From assembly GCA_964187785.1 (NCBI GenBank), contig OZ076409.1:61878001-61942000 (forward strand): a stretch of DNA of 64,000 nt, written 5' to 3'. The position numbers and the translations under genes were made by a program. This document shows positions 1 through 12,539 of this stretch, in pieces (position 1 is the first letter of the stretch; every line of letters starts with the position of its first letter). The notes beneath the pieces are model-generated. The model was not told the origin of the DNA. It did no database searches and saw only the letters and a program-made list of their open reading frames with translations. This DNA is from Amphiscolops sp. MND2022 (taxonomy: Eukaryota).

Positions 1-2
1 TT

Positions 3-599
3 GAGGACAATTTCCGAGAAGAGCGATTACTGCCGGACGAAGAAATTGTCATTCCGCAGGACGATTTGTACACAATTACGTGGGAAACAAACTTTGGTGA
101 ACAACTAGCTACACGAGGCAGCGAGCCTATTCCGGCTAGCTTGCCGAATGGCGAAAGACTGACTACGGCAAAAGCGAACGCAGATAACGCAAGCGAGAAT
201 GAAGCGGATTACATAATCACGACTGATCGTCCGAATGACGTCAACGATACAGTGCACAGCCGAGATAAAAGAATGAAAAGTGACGTCAGCAATGCAAATG
301 AAGATAGTGATGCTACTAGAAATGAAAACTCTGATTGGCCGGATTCGGCCGTTTACCACAAAAACCCAAAAAAATCTTTGCCGGATCTCTCCGAAAGACA
401 AGGAAACGATGCAAATTTTTCAGAACGAAATTCTGCTAATGATAGCGATGCACAAAAGTCTCCAAAAAAGGGGGGTGATATTATCGTGCCCGAAATATCG
501 CAAAATGATGAAGGAAATGAAAATCGGAGTCCTAGAGGTGGAAGATATAATCTGAGACCTAATCCTAATCCAAACTACTCGGAAGACTTCAGATACTAG
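3..599 (+). mobile_element. 3' end of Gypsy-like LTR retrotransposon pol ORF (low-complexity tail after integrase), truncated by window start
   Basis: Frame open from base 3 (EDNFREERLLPDEEIVIPQDDLYTITWE...) to stop at 599, ending GGRYNLRPNPNPNYSEDFRY. The RYNLR motif is typical of Gypsy pol C-termini. Followed downstream by an LTR. Confidence 0.6.
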
Positions 600-1953
600 G
601 AAAAGATTAATAAGCGTCCAAGAAGGAACACTGCTCTCTTTTCTTCTTTTCCTTTTCATTTTTAAAGTCCTTCCTCCCTCTGCTTCTACCTCTCCTTCTA
701 CTTCTCCTCCTACTGCATCTACCCTTCTTCCTTCTTCGTCCTTTGTCTCTTGGTCGCCATGAATGATTCAGCGACCTGTGACCCTTCTAGCAATTGGAGC
801 ATGGAGTCTGACCTTTTCGTCAGCGTAAGCTGTAACATCAACACTGTCAGTACTACTTGGGGACCTCTCTACTCTAAGAGGAGGAAACAGGGGCGGTGAA
901 AACACAACAGCATAACCTGTACCCACGGGTGAATTGGGATCTGGTGTTCGAGTAGTCTCTTTGTTCTGATTCTATAAACAGAAAGAGATGAAATTTGGCG
1001 GTTAGCTTCCTTGAAAGAAATCCATTTTGCCGCGTCAGAAATCTTTCGAAAGTGTTCTAAAAATTTGAATGAAACGTGTTATCACGTGTTTAGTGATGGA
1101 AGCAGGAAGCATTTTGTGAACAAATTTTAACCCTGATCAAGTTAAATTAGTTCAAAATAAAAATCCAGATCAACTTGTGTTTGAAGACATCCTGCAGTGA
1201 TGGAAACTCCTTCTGGGTAACCGTCCTTATTCGGCTGGTGAAGTTGGGGAAAGTGGCCGAGCTCGGCTGAAAAGGGGAAGATGCTCCGGAATACTCCGAG
1301 GAAGATGTAGTCAGCAACAAAGTTGAAGTCAGAGAGAGATGGACGTCGTAAAGATGAATTCAAATGAACAAAAATCCAAATAAAAAAAGGAATTAGAATA
1401 ATGATACTCAAAATTGAAAAGTTGGAGTTCGTGGCTGAAGAGATTACCGGGTTAATATTTTATGGCTATTTACGAATTTAAAACTGTGCAAGGAGTCTGC
1501 CAGCGAAATGTACAGAAGAGTGCTCATTATTTACAAATTAGTTAGTTAGAAGCCGATTATGGCCATTTACCTTGTTCCGTTTTGCCGTTTTGTTCCGTTG
1601 CCCTTATTACCATTTAGTTAGAATTTCCGCATTCTGGATTATTTTAGTTATTATTTTCACCATTTTACTATCCAATTTCCATTTTATCGAAAGTCAATTT
1701 TGATTGGCTAAAACCATTTTAAGAGAAACCTTTGGTGCGTGCCGTTAATTGCCTCCAAGCGACTCGTTAATTACCCACTTGAGACGAGTGTATTTGATAT
1801 TAACAACTTGAGCATTGTTCACACCTATTCTGATGACGGGAGTGGTAAGGAGATCAACACCAAGAGGTGAACCGGCCTACGTCACAGCAATGATGAAGGA
1901 AGCTTATTTGAAAAGACTGAATGCAGGGTCGTTTTTATTTATTCCACCCGCAG

Positions 1954-4146
1954 TGTCGCAGGCTGCCTCCTGCAAATTAACCAATCACAGTGCAGTATAG
2001 CTAGTATTAGCATTATCTCTCAGCAATACATTATTTGGCCGGTTATGGCCGCTTGCCTAATCTAACTACTATGCTCGCGAACGCTGGTCCAATGGCCGGT
2101 TCCGGCCTATTTAGCTTTTATCAAGTAATCTGTGCTATTTAATCAGTAGTGCTGTGTATTTTCTTGGAAAGTACTTGAAGCTGTCTTAATACGTCAGATG
2201 CCATGATTAAAAGTGTTAGAAGAAGTATTGGTAATTGTTTTAATTATAGTTGCTATTGATAAAATCCCGTACCAGATACGTCACTTGAGCACGCGGCCTT
2301 GTCCAATCAAATTACTCCATTTGCTACGCAGTTAATACTTCCATTCATTATTGGCCGAATACGGCCTGTGGACATAACTTCGCTACTTTTAATAAATATC
2401 CAGTCAGACGGCCGGTTCCGGCCATTTCACAAAAAGCGCAATTGTGATGCTAATTATTCTCACACTTAACCAGGATTCATGTGCTTGTACTCTTAGGCTG
2501 AATAACCCCTCTAGTGCAGTATTAACTAACTACACCACAGACTTAGCTCTTTCAGACGGTTAAGGCCGTTTGACCAGTATTTTAATAATGTTTACTTAAT
2601 ACCAGGCAATTAGCCTATTCAGGCCAGATTGTGTAAAAGCGCTGTACACGTTTTTAATTGATTGGCCGTATATGGCCACTTGACGTTATATTAGATTGGT
2701 AATGCAGGACAAAAGGCAAATGGCCGGTTTAGGCCATTTTGCTTATTATTATTAGAGATGCTTTTAAGCATGAATGAGTTTGTTTTACAGTCATGTAAGA
2801 TTATATTTATATACTTGAAGATGTTAATGAGCTTTTTAAATCCAATTAGTGCAATAATAACGACCAGTAGTAGCAATCCGAATACCCGTCACCTGTCCTA
2901 TTCCGGCCTTCACTATTGGCCAGCTCCCAAGTCCAATGGCCGTATTAGGCCATATTGCTATATTATGTTCATTTCTATTGCATGAAACTGTGTCTTCGTT
3001 TTGTTGATTCTACGCACGTGTGTAGGCACGTGCCGCTAAATAGTTTACATTCCTCTCACTGTAAACAATTTGAAAGTATTAGTTTTGATGTTTGGTCAAA
3101 GTGTTGTTTGCCTAATATAATAAGGCTAAATTCCTCCGCTCCCCTTTGATGATAGTATTTGCAGTTAGAAAATGCATTTGAGTGCATTCCATATTTTATG
3201 TAAACTTTAAATGATTTTGCTGCGAATGAATTAGGTATGAATTCCCTTTGGCCCTAACGGGACAAATTCCTAAAGTGCTTTGATGCAGTTGACGCCGCTG
3301 AAAATGAATGAATGTTAGTGGTCACCCGCCATGGTCATTTGCCCTTTATGGAATTTGTAAATAGATTGTCATGCAAGGAATGTGAGTGTCACCCTCTCAG
3401 GGGTATATATATTAGTATTTTTCATGAGAGGGACACAATTGTATTTTGCTTCTCCAAGTTTAGTTTGATATACCTGTTTACGATACAACGTACAAAAGCC
3501 TATTTTCCGAATAAAACCTAATTCACTGTTTTACCTCGGACTTTCTTTCTAATGCCTACAACAAGAAAGCAGAAGAAAACCAGAAAATCTAGAGGAGTTG
3601 AGATAATTTCGGACATTGAAAATGTAGATATGATGCTCGGAGAAAATCATTTCAGTAGAAATGAGAGAGATGAAAGCCTCAGTAGTAATCAAACCAGAAG
3701 ACCTGAAAGTACTTTTGGTGATCAATTTGAAAATAATGATGAAAACAGGTACTTAAATTCAAGAAATGACGGACTTAGTCCAAATGCCGATTACGGCCAA
3801 AACTCTGCTGGAGGTAATTCTAGTGCTGAGATAAATAGACTGTCGAGTGAATTGAATTCCCGAATATCTAGAGAGATGGACGAGATGATGAATAGTGTCA
3901 GTGTTCAGATACAGAGAGCCATAAATGATGCAATTAGCAATCAGGTTTTACCCCAGATTCAAAATGCCATTGTGGCCGGATCGGGACATTTGACCAGAGA
4001 AAGATGGAACGTTCCGGCCGAGAGACCGGAAGGATATTCCGAAGTTCTGCGAAACTCAGATTCCAGAGATAACTCGAGAAGTAAGCCATTTATGGACTGT
4101 CAGAAAGACGGTCCAACTACATCCACAAACGCGCGTGCTTACGACA
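1954..4146 (+). mobile_element. 3' LTR (~2.2 kb) of the Gypsy-like element
   Basis: Starts TGTCGCAGGCTGC, the same start as the solo LTR at 8348. Ends ...TACGACA, giving inverted termini TGTCG/CGACA. Contains the gag-like ORF start. Confidence 0.7.
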
Positions 4147-4184
4147 CATGCAGACGAAAAAAATACACTGGAAATTTAACGTAG
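3552..4184 (+). CDS. gag-like N-terminal ORF embedded in LTR; last ~12 codons read into flanking DNA
   Basis: 210-aa ORF MPTTRKQKK... with predicted coiled-coil (INRLSSELNSRISREMDEMM). Similar to degenerate ORF at 9293 and in N-terminus to ORF ending at 60643. Confidence 0.55.
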   Translation: MPTTRKQKKTRKSRGVEIISDIENVDMMLGENHFSRNERDESLSSNQTRRPESTFGDQFENNDENRYLNSRNDGLSPNADYGQNSAGGNSSAEINRLSSELNSRISREMDEMMNSVSVQIQRAINDAISNQVLPQIQNAIVAGSGHLTRERWNVPAERPEGYSEVLRNSDSRDNSRSKPFMDCQKDGPTTSTNARAYDTCRRKKYTGNLT

Positions 4185-4783
4185 GGTGGGGCCTCCCCAA
4201 CAAAGCTTGTTCACAAGCTACGTATAATGATAGTGAAAATTTTTTACAAGCAAACTCTATAAACCAAAGCTTAAATTCAAAAAAAATCAGAATCGAAAAC
4301 CCAAATGAAAATCAATCTTGCCTTGAGGAAAAGTCCATTTTGGGAAAATTTTAAACGTTGATTTTGGTTTTGGATCTAACTCAATTTTGTAGAACTTATC
4401 ATTATTATTATTTGTAGATTTACTGCCCGATTTTATTCTTCTTTAGATTTATTTTAACCACCAGGCCAAAGCCTGTATGAATGAACTCTGAAAAAAGTGG
4501 ACCTTTCAGATACATACGACGATTTGACGAGGAAAAACTAGTCTCTAATAGTTGGGAACATTTCTTACAAAATGCGCCTATTCATTTGGCTGGCTGATCA
4601 TTCCCCGCAGTAATCTTGCGTCTAAAACGCTCTTTTGTTTGTTTCCTATCGATCTTAGCTATGGAACTTTAAAAAATGTTTTCAATATCTTCGGATCTTC
4701 AAAAACTTTAAGCCAAACTAACAGAATGTTCACTTGAAGTGAATAGTATTGAATAATGAAATTGACTGCGCAATTTTTGAAAG

Positions 4784-7700
4784 AGCACCACATCGACACA
4801 ACGAGCTATGTGGCAGGGGGTATCTGGCTTCCGCTGGGTACCTTTGGACCAGAAGCAGATCACATGTTGCCCCAAATAAGAGACTGGTTTTTGGAGACCA
4901 GAGAATATTTCCAGAAGCTGATAGGTGAGTTGTCAAATTTGATTTAAAAGCATTTATATCGATATTTTTCCCTCCAAGTATTCAATAAGTGATTGTTCAT
5001 CAGAGTAATGTCTGATCATCGAGTTTCTCGGCTAGAGTTGGGCATTCACTGAATGATGCTTCCGATGACGAATTGCAAATTTCTTTTTACGCAGTTTAAA
5101 GTGCTCGGCAAAAATATCCCCCTAATTATACGGGATCACTCGAAAACCCATCTTCAAATATAACACCACAAACCTATGAATATTCTGGAAAGGATGTCGT
5201 TTCACAGATCTGTTGCAGGGGCAAAGATGAAACTTTGGTTACATGACATTTCGTCATTTGCAATTTCAACCTATGCCCTTTCAACCGTTGCCTTTTCAAC
5301 CGCTCGCAATTTCAACCTATTGCATTTTCAACCGTCCGCCGTTTCGACCTAAACTAATTTTGGCTATTTAGTCTTAATTCGGTTGAGCTATTCTTTCAGT
5401 GTAATAATTACTAATGAATCAAACAGCCTTAATTAATTGTAATTATTCATGAAAAAGCCAAAAAGTATCGAAACTGGCGTAAAAATTAGCACATTTGAAT
5501 TTAGAAATGTATGAAAGTTAAAACCACCACAATAATTATGTAACTAATTAGGATCCATTACCTAAAATTAGTTTAGGTCGAAATTGCGAACGGTTGAAAA
5601 TGCAATAGGTTGAAATTGTGAGCGGTTGAAATGGCAATGGTTGAAAGTGCATAGGATGAAATGTCCTGACACCGAAACTTTGTGGGAGAGAAGAAAAGAC
5701 ACTAAACTTAATTTTATCACTTCGTTTCAGCAACAGGCGAGAGCAGCGAAAGAGGAGTTTCTCAATGCTTCGCGGTTGATTTTGTCTCTGAAACGAAATC
5801 TAAAAGTTCTGGAATCAAAGAAATTTTCTTGCCTGTTAGTGAAATTCATTGCCTTTTGTATTACACGCTAACGAAAGCCTCGCACACGCAAGGATGAAAC
5901 GCATTAAAAACCGTTCAAAACCATTACCAGATGTACCTCTGAAAGACACATCTGATGAACCTGTATTTCAATTGGTCTCAACAGAATCTACTAGAACTTC
6001 CAACGTTTTCAATTTAGCAGACAAAGAGTTGCCAAAAGTAGGAATTGACACTTGTGGGCATCTCTTCAGAGCTAATTTTCAAGCATTTTTTGAGAAGTCA
6101 CGATTAAACAATATCTTTCAGCAGCACTGGTAGAATTATTGTAGAAAATTTCAACTGAAACTTCTTTCTACATCAAACTCTCGATCATTTTGCTTTCATA
6201 GGAAACCATATAAAAAAACTGAGATGCGTTAAATTAAAACTTGAAAAAGGGAATTGTCAAGCTGCCAAATTTCAGACTTTGGTATTTTTAAACAATTTGA
6301 ATTTCAAACTACTCGGTACATCACATATTAAGTAAAATTGCTTAGAATATCATCTAATTCACAGTTATGGTTCTTTCGTAAAAATTGACAATAACTCGGG
6401 ATGTTAGCGATGCCCAAAATTGCTCCGAGTTTGAGATTTTCATAAAATTTCGACTGTTTAGATCACCGGACGCTTAGAAAATTGATAGTCAATGAAGTCG
6501 TGTGATTCTACTGAATCCATTGATGTGCTTTTCACGAAAATCATCGCATGGAAAAAAGATTTCTCATTTTCTGTACTAAACCAACTGTTTTCAGATCCTG
6601 CCCTACGTCAAAGAAGTGTCGAAAGAAGACCTAAGTAGAATGTACCCTCACGTTGATTTGAACGGGATAGCTTTTGGCAACCTGATCAGTTCGTTCTCCT
6701 GCAGACCTGCTATTTACCTGAGATGGCTGGAGAGAGAGATTGGGAAACTAGGAGGAACTTTTTGTTATGGTAAACATATAAACCACCTATCCACACTGAA
6801 GACTGAGTATGACTTAGTTATAAACACGGCTGCTTTGGGAGCAACGGAAACTGCCAAAGATGAAGATATGATACCAATCAGGGGACAAGTAAGTCTGTTA
6901 TGCTCTTTGCAATTTTTTATCCATTTCCAAATTTAAATTATTTGTATGATAATGGTCGAAAATTGAGCCCCTTTTGCTCCGGAGATCTTTTTTGTTAATT
7001 GCAATTCAAAAAAACAGGTGAAAAAATCCATTTGTTTCTTTTTAAGCTGGCGTGTCCTTCATTCTATGAATAACTAGTTTTCCAACTTCCAGTATGGAAG
7101 CAAAACAGTGTCATTCCTTTTTCTACAATAAGTTAATTTGCTCGATTTGCCAAAAGTTGGAATAACATCCAATTTCGTCAAAGTAACAAACGTTACTGAT
7201 CTGCAATCATTTCTTCGTTTTGACTTCTAATTTGCCAAGAAATCTTCAATTGCTGCTCTCATAAATAGTTTTTTTTAGATTTTGGGTTTCTTCAAAAACT
7301 AAATGCAACAAATATTTTTGACACTTTTTGAGTACTTTTGATTTACCTTTGGACTTGAAAAAGATTCCTTTAAGTACCTCGCTGGAAAGGTTTACCAACG
7401 TAGATTTGATACTTTTAGAGAAGAATTTGGAAGCCGTTTTCAAAGAGTGCGGTTAACGAAATTCTATTGTGAAGACCAAACAAGCCGCAACGGCATCCCA
7501 TTGAAGAGCATAGAGAGCAAAGACTTTTGAATATGCTCAAAGAAAATCTTACAGAAAATTACAGAAAACTCTTGAGACCCATTGCTTCAAAAAAGGAAAA
7601 ATTCCCTTAATTCCAAAAAACCGAGGACCGATTGGTCTTGACTTGTTTTGTAGGCATCGACAATTTCAGTGATTGGCGGGATATGAACCCACATAGACCT

Positions 7701-10700
7701 GCTCCCAAGCCACACACTTCATCCAATATGCCAAGTGGCAACTGAATAAAACAAAAGGAAGAATTTCATGTAAGTCATGAATTCCGTTAGCTCGAGTGGT
7801 CCGAGAGAAATGAAAAGTCAAGTTATAGTCTGCATTTTCCGTCGAAACCGCCGGCTATTTAAAACACCAAAGACGAGACCCGGCGTTTTATCTCCTAATT
7901 ATTCAGATGTAAACCTAGACGAACCACCAACCGATCGTTTGGCAGAACAACATACCATTTTTTTCCCTACAACAAATAATGAAGAGTCGAGCGTGGCCAT
8001 TGAATTTATGTCAGCAAGACGTTTCAAAACTTGCACAATTATTCACAGATTTAAAAATTGCAATTTTCTGGATCATTTCAGAAACATCTTCGAAAGATTT
8101 AAGTTTTTCCTTTGAAAAAAGTTGATCGTGAAGCAATTTGATTTGATCGCTGTGCTCTGTTATCATTCATGCCATAAAAACGACAACTGCAATAAAAGCA
8201 GTTAGGAGTGGGTGAAAAAACAGTAGAGTCAAGTTTTTTGAAATTTATTCAGTGAAATTTGATTGAAATAGGCAGACTGCAACGAAGACCTTGCAAAGCA
8301 GCATTTAAGTAATAGTACTTTGTAGGAACACTTTTTGGTGGACGATCTGTCGCAGGCTGCTACCTGCGACGGGATTGTTTATTCCATTCATCACATCTAA
8401 CAGATAGCGCTGCTGCAAACGATTCCATTAAACTAGACCTGCCAATTATTCAACAAACTATTTTCATTTTGTTGCTTTTTACGTTTCAAATTTTGTAAAC
8501 GTTATATGTGTTGCTATGTATTATGTTAGAATACCGATATTAGACACCAAGCGTACAAGCGAGAAGGAAACGTGTTCCAATGACTTCTCGCTTGGCATGG
8601 CGGACTCCCAGTCCGGAGTTATATTTAGCTAATCAAGGCACAGCATCATTATGAATAAAGGTGCTATTTGAACATTTTGGTACAGCTAACTAAGGCCTTG
8701 CTCTAAAATTTTCATTAAATAGAGGATGTTCTGTCATAATAGAATTTGGACGCCTTTATTCGAATCTCCTTCGATTAGATGCTGAAAATGCGCTGTGCTT
8801 ATGTAACTAACATGGATATTAAACCCCCGTGCTTCAAAATACCTAGAACAGTAGCTTCAAATGTGATTCTGCTGTTTCTTAGCGTGAATATAGCCCTTAT
8901 GGCCAAACGCCCTCGACCATTTAGACACATGTAGTATCACATATGTTATTTTACATGTAGTCCTGTCGTTCGAAACATGTTGAGTTGTTTTACTCGAACA
9001 TCAAAATAGTGCTACTCTTTCCGTACACTCCTCAAGCCAAATAGGGCAGTGCGGCGTCATATAGCTTTGATGTTATTTTTAGAAAGTGACGATGTGATTT
9101 TTAGATATACAAGGTGCTAAATTTAAATTGTTGCTATTTTGACTGACATCCCCCCGGAGTTTATAAAGTTAGTCCCGTAGGGCTCTGACACAATGATTTG
9201 TTTGTTAAACTTGATCAAAATACATTCTGTTGAACGTTGAAAAAACTAATAATACAAGTTCAGGAAATACAGCTTCACCTTCTTGACTGATTTTGATGTA
9301 TTCAACAAGAAGACAGAAAGCCAACACTATGCGTTCTAGAGAAATGGACAAACTGTCTGATTATATTACCTTGCACGTGATGCTAGGTTGTGAAAATATT
9401 AACTCCATTGAGAGAAAATTAGCTAAAACCATGAATGGCCCAGCTAGTGATAACAACACTGAGGCCCTTTCTCAAGGGGAATTTCATCACAGGAGAATGA
9501 AATCAGGATTACAAACAGCGAAATTGAAATTGCTAGATATGATGGATTGTTAGAATCTATGGAAATCTCTTCAAATGAAACAAATTCGAGACTTTCCAAG
9601 AAAATGGGCTCTCTGATGAACATGATGAACATTCTCAGATTAACAGGGTCATAAGCTCTGCATTTAGCGACAGAGTTATTGCTGAAATACAAAATATTAT
9701 GAGTTCGCTGTCTTCGGGACAATGGGACACTGAGATAATCAATTATCATCTTTTCATCGATTCTCAAACATCATCTATTAATAATCAAGATACTAGCGAA
9801 AAAACAAACTGGTTGAAGACAAAATTAACAAAGAAGGATTTCACGTCTACAGTTGATCTAAAGGACACTGAGGACCTTAGTTTTTACACGATCGATTTCG
9901 GATTCATTATTTCGACGTCTCCGGAGCTTCAACTTTCTCGTGAGCAACACCCCTTAGGAAATAAACTGGATGAAGTTGAGCAGTTTGAGCGATAAGTGTC
10001 AAAAGTTCATGCTTTAGAATCACTTGTCTGAAGTGTAGTCAACTACTTGAACCAAAACGCCATTTTATTATAATACCAATAACTCAACGGTAGAAATACA
10101 ATATCGGCAACTCTTGTTATTGCTGAAATTGCGAAATAGCAGAGAAATTAGTAAACAAGCAATCCTATAAGAATCCTACTTTTTTATTCGTCCATCCAAT
10201 TCCATTAGATGTATGGCCACTCTTTGTTCTGTAGATTGTGTATGTGGACGCCCCGTGGGTGAACACGGCACTGTTTTTTGGACACAACACCTATATAATT
10301 CCTGGGGGAGATGGTTCGGTGAGTCTTGGTGGGTGCTGGCAGAAGGGCAACGACGATACTTCCATAGACCCAGACATGAAGAGGGGAATATTTGAAAGGT
10401 GCTGCAAACTCATTCCTTCACTTAAAGTTAGTTTTCTATCTAAATACACTGTCTGTTTCTATTTGTCTTTCCAGCAAAAAACTTGCGTAAACTTTTTACT
10501 GAAAACTATTTGGGAGAAAAAAGCGATAAATTGATTCATAAAAACGTTGATTGACATTTTTGTGAGAAAAAAAAACAGCTACCAAAAATAAAGTGACAAT
10601 TTCAGGCCTCGATGACAACAATGGTTGTTTTGAAAAATTCTTACCAAACCGTAGTTTCGAAGTTACTCAATTTTGACTTTTAGCACAAGCACTCTACAGT

Positions 10701-11271
10701 AAATTATTGAGTGATTCATCATCAAATAAATGTGGAGACTGCTGTTCATTAAATCGAAAAACCCCGCAATTTCATTCCTCAGATCTCCATTCGATAGTCT
10801 AATGGATGAATTGGAACTTCGCACAATTTTCCTATATCTGAACATTTATACATCTAACCATCTAACGACATTATAACATCACGTATGGGGAAGTCAACAA
10901 ATCGTGACAAAAGGCATTTTGAAAAAAAATCATTTATACCAAATTTTGGGTCTATAAAAATTATGGTCGACGAAATTGGATTCGATCTTCAAATTCATGA
11001 GTAAAATGGAGCTCCTGTCCAACTGATTGCAATGGTAAATTAAAAAATTGATACACTGTTGTTTAAGAATGCCAGATATATCCGGGACATGGTTGGACTT
11101 CGTCCCTACAGAACTGGAGGTCCTCGAGTTGAACTGGAACAACTGGCAGATTCCAAGCTGGTTATAATTCATAACTACGGACACGGATCTGAGGGGTATG
11201 GTTTACATTGGGGCACAAGTGGCAAGGTTGTTGAGCTCTTCAAGGAATGGAAGTCGAAGAATGCTGTTTGA
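4784..11271 (+). CDS. D-amino-acid oxidase / D-aspartate oxidase family gene, 5' partial; exons ~4784-4924, 5731-5834, 6595-6888, 10235-10426, 11068-11271
   Basis: Motifs TTSYVAGGIWLP, YLRWL, DLVINTAALGA, PIRGQ, YIIPG, VGLRPYR and signature IIHNYGHGSEGYGLHWG. GT-AG introns with compatible phases (1,0,0,0). The GxGxxG exon is not seen and is probably upstream of the window. Confidence 0.88.
5245..5665. mobile_element. MITE / foldback element with long TIRs made of TTTCAACC subrepeats
   Basis: 5245-5360 is the approximate reverse complement of 5563-5665 (GACATTTC...GAAATGTC). Lies in a DAO intron. Confidence 0.75.
7666..7743 (-). pseudogene. tRNA-derived (SINE-head-like) degenerate sequence
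   Basis: Minus strand has A-box-like TGGCATATTGG and B-box-like GGTTCATATCC at tRNA spacing. No clean cloverleaf. Confidence 0.4.
8348..9888 (+). mobile_element. Solo LTR with 5-bp TSD CGATC
   Basis: TGTCGCAGG...TTTTACA flanked by CGATC at 8343-8347 and 9889-9893. Contains a decayed gag-like ORF (MYSTRRQK...MLG) similar to 3552-4184. Confidence 0.8.
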
Positions 11272-12539
11272 GGCCGAACTGATCACTTAAACACGGGCAA
11301 CATATAAACCCTCAATAGCCCAACCATCTAGTTTATTGCGTGGAAGATACAGTGTTGTGAAATATATCGAACTAACAAATTGATCTTTCAAATTTACATC
11401 CACTTTTCCCAAAAAAAGAAGCGAAATCTCTGAAGAATTGGACATTATAAGCAATTATACAACAAAAAGTGCTATTTTATAAAAACTGAAACATTTACGT
11501 ATCAAATAGAAAAATTTAAACTAATTCCAACACTTCGCATTTGAATTTTCAAACACTTCTCTAATTGATAGTCTGTAATTATTCGCCGAGCTTGTACCGA
11601 AAATTATTGACGAGTTAAGTTTCGGCTGGTTTTCCGCCTACAATTTATTTTTCACGAAATTCCTCATATCGAAGAGTAACAAGTCCCTTTTTACCAGTTG
11701 CAGTTTATTATTTACAACTTGTATGTCATTTGTCAAATTCGGTCTTGCAAAATTTGATTTTTTAAAAAAACTAGAAACTAAACAGCAAGTCTTGAGAAAC
11801 TGTCAAACGATTGTAGCTCAGAAAACTACCACTCAACTAGCCTATTGATCAGTTGGACGACAATCAGCTTCTTCGAAAAAAAATTGCTTGCATGAACTTT
11901 GCTGACAAAAACAACTTTTGTGTGATTAGAAAATCATTCCCCGACGTATTTCAGGCTCCATTTTCTTGCCTAGTTAGTCGATAATTTTGAGAAACATCAA
12001 AAATGAAATTTTCTTAGACTTCATCTAGTTATCATTTGTGGTTTTTAAAATGATCAGAGGAAAAAAGAGTTCGCTAACTTTCATCGAATATGATACTTTT
12101 TTGCCGATTTTCTAGTGCTTGAATGTTTTATATACTTTTTCGGCAAATTTCACACTCGATGAACAATGTAGAGTCCATTGAACTCATGAAAATTTTGATT
12201 TCAAAAATGATCAACTGCAAAATGTGACCATTATACGGTTTACATGTATCAAGACTGATATTCAAGTTCTGCGATAGAAAAAAGGGATATATTCTTTCAT
12301 TCTGAAGCTCAAAAAATACGACTAGAGTCTAGACTGCAGAATCCTTTAATTATGAATTATGAAACTTCACGACGGATTTCCAAAATTTGCTCAAAACTGG
12401 GAAACTATCAAAGACGTTTTCCTGCGTCTGATATTTTACATATTGTACCAATCAAAATTAAATGTGAGAGCTAATTACAAATTTTAATTATTTAATTCGA
12501 GCTGACAGACCGTCGAACAATGAAATCTCGGCCCATAGC

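Noticed and set aside
876..900. PPT + TG as LTR start
   Set aside because: Start at 1954 is better supported by identity with the TSD-bounded solo LTR and by the inverted termini.
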